Assembly (NCBI RefSeq): GCF_009914755.1
Contig: NC_060940.1
DNA length: 64,000 nt
Origin: the human T2T-CHM13v2.0 reference genome, Homo sapiens
Direction: 5' to 3' (one strand)
This document shows positions 57,487 through 64,000 of the stretch, one piece after another (the stretch's first letter is position 1; every line of letters starts with the position of its first letter). The notes under the pieces were generated by a model. That model saw nothing but the letters and a program-made list of their open reading frames with translations. It did not search any database and was not told where the DNA came from. The translations under genes were made by a program, and so were the position numbers.

Positions 57487-57606
57487 AAGCAAAAGCCCAA
57501 AGTGGTGACAGTCCTTAAACGAAATAAGAAGAAGGAAGAGAAGAAAGGCAAAGGCCTCATGACAGCACGGGGAGGGAACCGCAGGGACACGGAGACTTCC
57601 CAGCAG
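57487..57606 (+). CDS. C16orf78: C16orf78 coding exon 2 (KQKPKVVTVL...DTETSQQ, 40 codons)
   Basis: Acceptor ctctcttcccttgtcttttcag|AAG; donor CAG|gtaatg; phase 0/0, in frame with exon 1. Confidence 0.93.
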
Positions 57607-58225
57607 GTAATGCAGCCCCTCTTCCCCCACTCACCCCCACTGGGTCTCCAAATGGAGGAGGGGTCCCTGCTTCTCTCCTGCATAATGCCTGCCTACTTTC
57701 TAAATTTTAAGGCTCCGAAATTCACTCTGGCCCCACATTAACACTCAAATAAAATCTCCACCCCTCCCTACCCTGTCCAGCCGTGCTACCCAATTGCTGC
57801 CTCCCTGTAGTTTCATTCTTCACACGTGTCACATCCTCCCTTGCCCACATTTATCCCTGAAACCATTCAAGAAGGCCACTTGGAAGATGAGAACACCGTG
57901 GTTCAGTGAGGGACAAGAGCCTCCTGGCCACACAGCTAACAGGGCAGAACCACCCAGACCTAATGGCCTCCGAGGGCCTGTGTTTCCAAGGCCCCCAGGG
58001 ACCCCTCCGATATATGGTGGGGAGAAGAGGGAGGCGTTGGTGAGCAAGCACCCGTGGGCAGACCCTGCCCCTCCGACCTCTCCCAGGGCCCGGGGAAGCT
58101 CTCTCCTTGGTTGCCTTTGCCTGCCTTTTGGCAAACCCTTGAAATTGCTGTTTGCTTGGGATGGAGCGGGGAGGGCGAGCCAGGTCCTGTAACTGGGGTG
58201 TGACTTCTCACCTGCTCCCTCCAAG

Positions 58226-58349
58226 GCCTTAGGAAAGAGATTCAGGAAGGACGCCGCCTCCTACCGAAGCCTCTATGGAGTGGAGCAAAAGGGGAAACAC
58301 CTCAGCATGGTCCCTGGCAGCTACATCAAGGATGGCCCCAAGAAATCTG
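58226..58349 (+). CDS. C16orf78: C16orf78 coding exon 3 (ALGKRFRKDAASYRSLYGVEQKGKHLSMVPGSYIKDGPKKS + 1 nt)
   Basis: Acceptor ctcacctgctccctccaag|GCC; donor TCTG|gtaagg; open frame continuing exon 2. Missed by the ORF track. Later exons lie outside the window. Confidence 0.9.
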
Positions 58350-58789
58350 GTAAGGGAAAAACCTTGGCCCCGGCCACCAGAATCCTGCTCCATAATCTCC
58401 TCCTCTAGAAGAAACCGAAAGCTCACGCCATTCTTAGAGCAGTAGCGTCCACGTCAATCCAACCATTGTGCACACAGGAGTCAGAAGCCCACATGGAGGC
58501 TCAGTAGGGACCACTCCTGGGGTCGCTCTTGGCAAGCAGGGTGTGACATGAACAGGAGGCAAGTGTCTGTCAAGGCCCTGCCCCATCTCGAGTGTTCCCT
58601 TCTCAGGAAACCAGCCTCATGTGTCCAGGTTCCTGAAGCTATTTTGGTGACATCAACTTCATGAGTTACAAATCATCTAATTAATTTAGATACTGTGACA
58701 ATATCAACTACAGAAGGTACCACTCCTGCTGGCCTGAAACCTGCCAGGGGTTGCTCACCTCTAGGAAGGGATGAGCTTAGGCTGTGCCA

Positions 58790-59020
58790 GATCCCCAATT
58801 TCAAAGACTGCCTGGGTCCTGACCCTGGCTCTACCACTTTATAAGGAGCTCAGAGTTGTATAATCCTGGACAACTTATTCCATCTCTGGAGTCTGGTTTT
58901 TCATCTATAAAATGGGACAACAACAATACCTGCCTCATAGTATGGTTGTGAGGTTTAAGCAAGATGATGCATGAAAAGTAATTAGCCTGACCAAGAGGAG
59001 GTGCTGAATAAATATTAGTG
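58790..59020 (+). mobile_element. MIR
   Basis: gactgcctgggtcctgaccctggctctaccac...catctataaaatggg. Confidence 0.7.
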
Positions 59021-59555
59021 GTTTTTTTCTAAGTAAAAATTTTGCTAAAATTTCAGGTGGTCTTTACTGTGGTGTTGGAAAAACAGATACATTTGTTATG
59101 TCTGGCCCCTTGGGACAAAGGTGTAGGGTAAAAGAGAAATCTGGAAGGGATTCCAATTAGCCCAGGAGAAAAGTGCACAGGAGTCTTCAAGCAGAGGCGG
59201 TCAATTCTCATATATAAAATTGCCCCCATTGTACCCAACAACAGCAACAAAATCTTTTTTTCCCCTTTTCATTTAATATACCAAAGCCATTGTGACCAAA
59301 TTGCAGTCACTTCCCTTTAAGATTTAAATGCAGTCGGCTTTCAGTGCAGTTTAGGATCCTAGATTAAATCCTAGAATAGCACTTTAGGGGCATTACTGGC
59401 GAAATCTGAAAAAGTTCTATAATATACAAAAAAATGTTAATTTCTTAGTCGTGACAAACATGCCATGGACGTAAGATGTTAACATTAAGGGAAAATGGAT
59501 GAAGGATATACAGGAATCCTCCTTATTTTCTTTGCAACATTTCTGTAAATCCATA

Positions 59556-60101
59556 TGTGATGGTTAATATTGAGTGTCAACTTGATTGGATTGAAGAATG
59601 CAAAGTATTGTTCCTAGGTGTGTCTGTGAGGGTGTTGCCAAAGCAGATTAATATTTGAGTCAGTGGACTGGGAGAGGCAGACCCACCCTCAACCTGAGTG
59701 GGCACCATCTAATCAGCTGCCAGCACAGCTAGAATAAAGCAGGCAGAAGTTGGAAGGATCAGACTTGCTGAGTCCTCTGGCCTTCGTCTTTCTCCTGTGC
59801 TGGATGCTTCCTGCCCTTGAACATCAGACTCCAAATTCTTCAGCTTTTGGACACTTGACTCTATATCAGTGGTTTGCCAGGGGCTCTCGGGCTTTTGGCC
59901 ACAGACTGAAGGCTGCACTGTCGGCTTCCCTACTTTTGAGGTTTTGGGACGCAGACTGGCTTCCTTGCTCCTCAGCTTGCAGATGGCCTACTGTGGGACC
60001 TCACCTTGTGATCATGTGAGTCAATACTCCTTAATAAACTCCCCTTCATATATACATCTATCCTGTTAGTTCTGACCCTCGATGGAACCTTGATTAATAC
60101 A
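59556..60101 (+). mobile_element. MLT2A (HERVL) solo LTR nested in an L1MC/ME 3' end
   Basis: tgtgatggttaatattgagtgtcaacttgattgg...ttgattaataca; TSD ccata/ccaca. Confidence 0.9.
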
Positions 60102-60378
60102 CCACAATTATTCCAAAATATTTAAGGTTTATTTAAAAAATAATCTAGATTGCCTTATGCCTTATGGGAAGCCCCATACCTTCCCCGAATTTTCTGTGAC
60201 TACCAGTGTAATGTCTGGCTCCAAAATCCTGGTCCTGTTGGGCCCTGGAGCTTCTGTAAATCTTGCTTCCAGTGGCTGCTATCTTGTCTCTTTGATTTCT
60301 CCTGAAACCTCTCACACGAAGTCATTGTGTGTAAATACATTCTACTGAAGGCTTGGGGTCAACAGAGGGAAAGAATTA

Positions 60379-62209
<1,831 letters not shown>

Positions 62210-62357
62210 AAAGAATTACATCACAGAATTATACAGCAAACAAATTAGAGATTGATTATTAGACTCCCTTGTTCTTCAAAGTCCTTTATCCCCTGCCACC
62301 ACGAGATTTTTCCCTAGTTACATGTCTTTGCAGGAAGTAGCCCCCTGATATTTTTCT

Positions 62358-62526
62358 CAACTCCAAGACTGGGTAAGGTGAGGCGAACCAGGAGTTCAGG
62401 CCACCAAATTTAAGGAAGCACTCACTCTCAGATGCGAATCATGCACTTGTGTGAGTCTGAGAGTGAACACCTCCTTAAATTTTGCATCCTGGACACCTTG
62501 CTTTCCTCACCCGAGTCCTGGTACTG
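62358..62526. mobile_element. MER96 palindromic hAT MITE
   Basis: Internal inverted repeat aaatttaaggaagcactcactctcag ... ctgagagtgaacacctccttaaattt. Confidence 0.8.
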
Positions 62527-63470
62527 CTCAGTTCTCCCTCTTCCTATCTCTTTCCTCTTCTCTTTCCTCCCTCGTCTTCCTTCTCCACCTAACACTTTCC
62601 CATTGGCTTTTTACTTGAAGAGAACCATGTTTCATTTGTCTGTTTCACACTCAAAGTAGTCTATTAAGACATTTTCTTAAACAATTCACTCCCTAAAAGA
62701 AACCCATACCAGCTGATTAAATAATTATTTACATCTCACTGCACAAGGATGCCAGCAGGTCAGGCTGACTTGACACTCATTTGGTTCCCTGCAGTTCCCT
62801 TCTTTCCACCATTCAAGTCGAATCCACTCTATTGGAGAATGAAGAAGCCTTGTCTCTCCTGATGTAATAAGACCAATGGCCAGTGGGTGGTGTGGTTGCA
62901 AATGGGCCAGCCCAAGTGCAAAAGGTGCTCAGAGGCATCTAGGAACAGTCTGGGCCTCAAGATGTGGCACCCAGGACCTAGTCAGGGCTGAGCCTGGGCA
63001 CAGTAAGGAGAGCCTCTCATGTAGACTGGCAAGAGGACTAAAATGAATGGGTATGATCTGAATTGGCAGACAAATTCAAAACAAAGCAGCACCTATGAAG
63101 GGCCTAAAGATAGTCACATACACCATGCCCAATGTTAGCTTGGGTTGCCATAGTCAAAGCACATCCCGATTGCATTACATTACATGCACCCTCCCAGGAA
63201 ATGGTCCTATCTCAATGTGGAAGTTGGATGTCAGAGTCTATCCTACCACTTCTGCCTCACTCTCCCTTCATGACCAGTTACTGGGTCCTGTAGCTTCTGC
63301 CTCCTTAATATCTTTAATCTCTTTCTCTTCTCCATTTCCACAACCAGTGTCTTAGCTTAACTGTGATCCTCATCCACTATAAGAATCACCAGTTGCTTTC
63401 AACTTCTATGACTGCCACATTGGCCTTCCTCAGTTATTTATGTCTTTATATTTAAAGTGAGCTTTGGATC

Positions 63471-63592
63471 AGGCAATGTGGCTCATGCTTGTAATCTCAG
63501 AACTTTCGGAGGCCAAGGCAAGGGAATCACTTGAGGCCATAAGTTTGAGAACAGCCTAGGCAACATAGTGAGACCCCCATCTACAAATAAAC
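63471..63592 (+). mobile_element. Alu left monomer (FLAM-like)
   Basis: Single left-arm sequence followed by an A-rich tract. Confidence 0.8.
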
Positions 63593-63822
63593 AAATACGT
63601 TGAGTTTCTTCATTACACCACTAAAATAAATTAATAAAGCTCCAATAACTGATTCTACAGCAATGCAGCTCTATGAATTGACTGACAAATAATTCAGAAT
63701 AATCCTCTTAAGGACATTCACCGAGCTACAAGGAAACAAACAACTAAATGAAATAGGAAAACAATATTTGGACAAAATGAATTCAGCAATGGAATATAAA
63801 CCATTTTTTAAAAGCCAAAAAA

Positions 63823-64000
63823 GGCCAGGCACGGTGGCTCACACCTTTAATACCAGCACTTTGGGAGGCCAAGGCAGGTGGATCACCTGAGGTAGGGAGT
63901 TCGAGACCAGCCTGAACAACGTGGAGAAACCCCATCTTTACTAAAAATACAAAGTTAGCTGGTTGTGGTGGTGCGTGCCTGTAATCCCAGCTACTCAGGA
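63823..64000 (+). mobile_element. AluSp-like element (cut by window edge)
   Basis: ggccaggcacggtggctc...ggagaaacccc; preceded by an L1M ORF1-like fragment (about 63630-63820). Confidence 0.88.

Noticed and set aside
57343-57741. 132-aa ORF as a stand-alone gene
   Set aside because: Only 57487-57606 is exonic, bounded by AG/GT; the rest is intron read-through.

Overview
Mammalian (human-like) genomic DNA. It is repeat-rich (Alu, L1, L2, MIR, MaLR/ERV LTRs, hAT MITEs), and most ORF-track entries are spurious. The only supportable protein-coding gene is the 5' part of C16orf78 on the + strand: three coding exons at 53696-53845, 57487-57606 and 58226-58349, with GT-AG boundaries and a continuous frame. 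The gene continues beyond the window; the identification is by recall of the protein sequence and places the window on 16q12.1 between CBLN1 and ZNF423. Intron 3 holds a 5'-inverted (twin-primed) L1PA2/3-like insertion with a 13-bp TSD. The upstream 53 kb is intergenic. It has a near-consensus REST/NRSF RE1 site (25759-25779), CTCF-like cores and several repeat-free, TAAT-rich enhancer candidates. The most unusual observation is three local templated duplications of 110-400 bp, each copied from 0.9-1.6 kb away (two inverted, one direct). Each copy interrupts a hAT-Charlie-type DNA transposon remnant (MER5B-like, MER20, MER20B-like), suggesting these elements act as sinks for template-switch insertions. 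Repeat family names come from remembered consensus sequences and identities are hand estimates; no database search was run.
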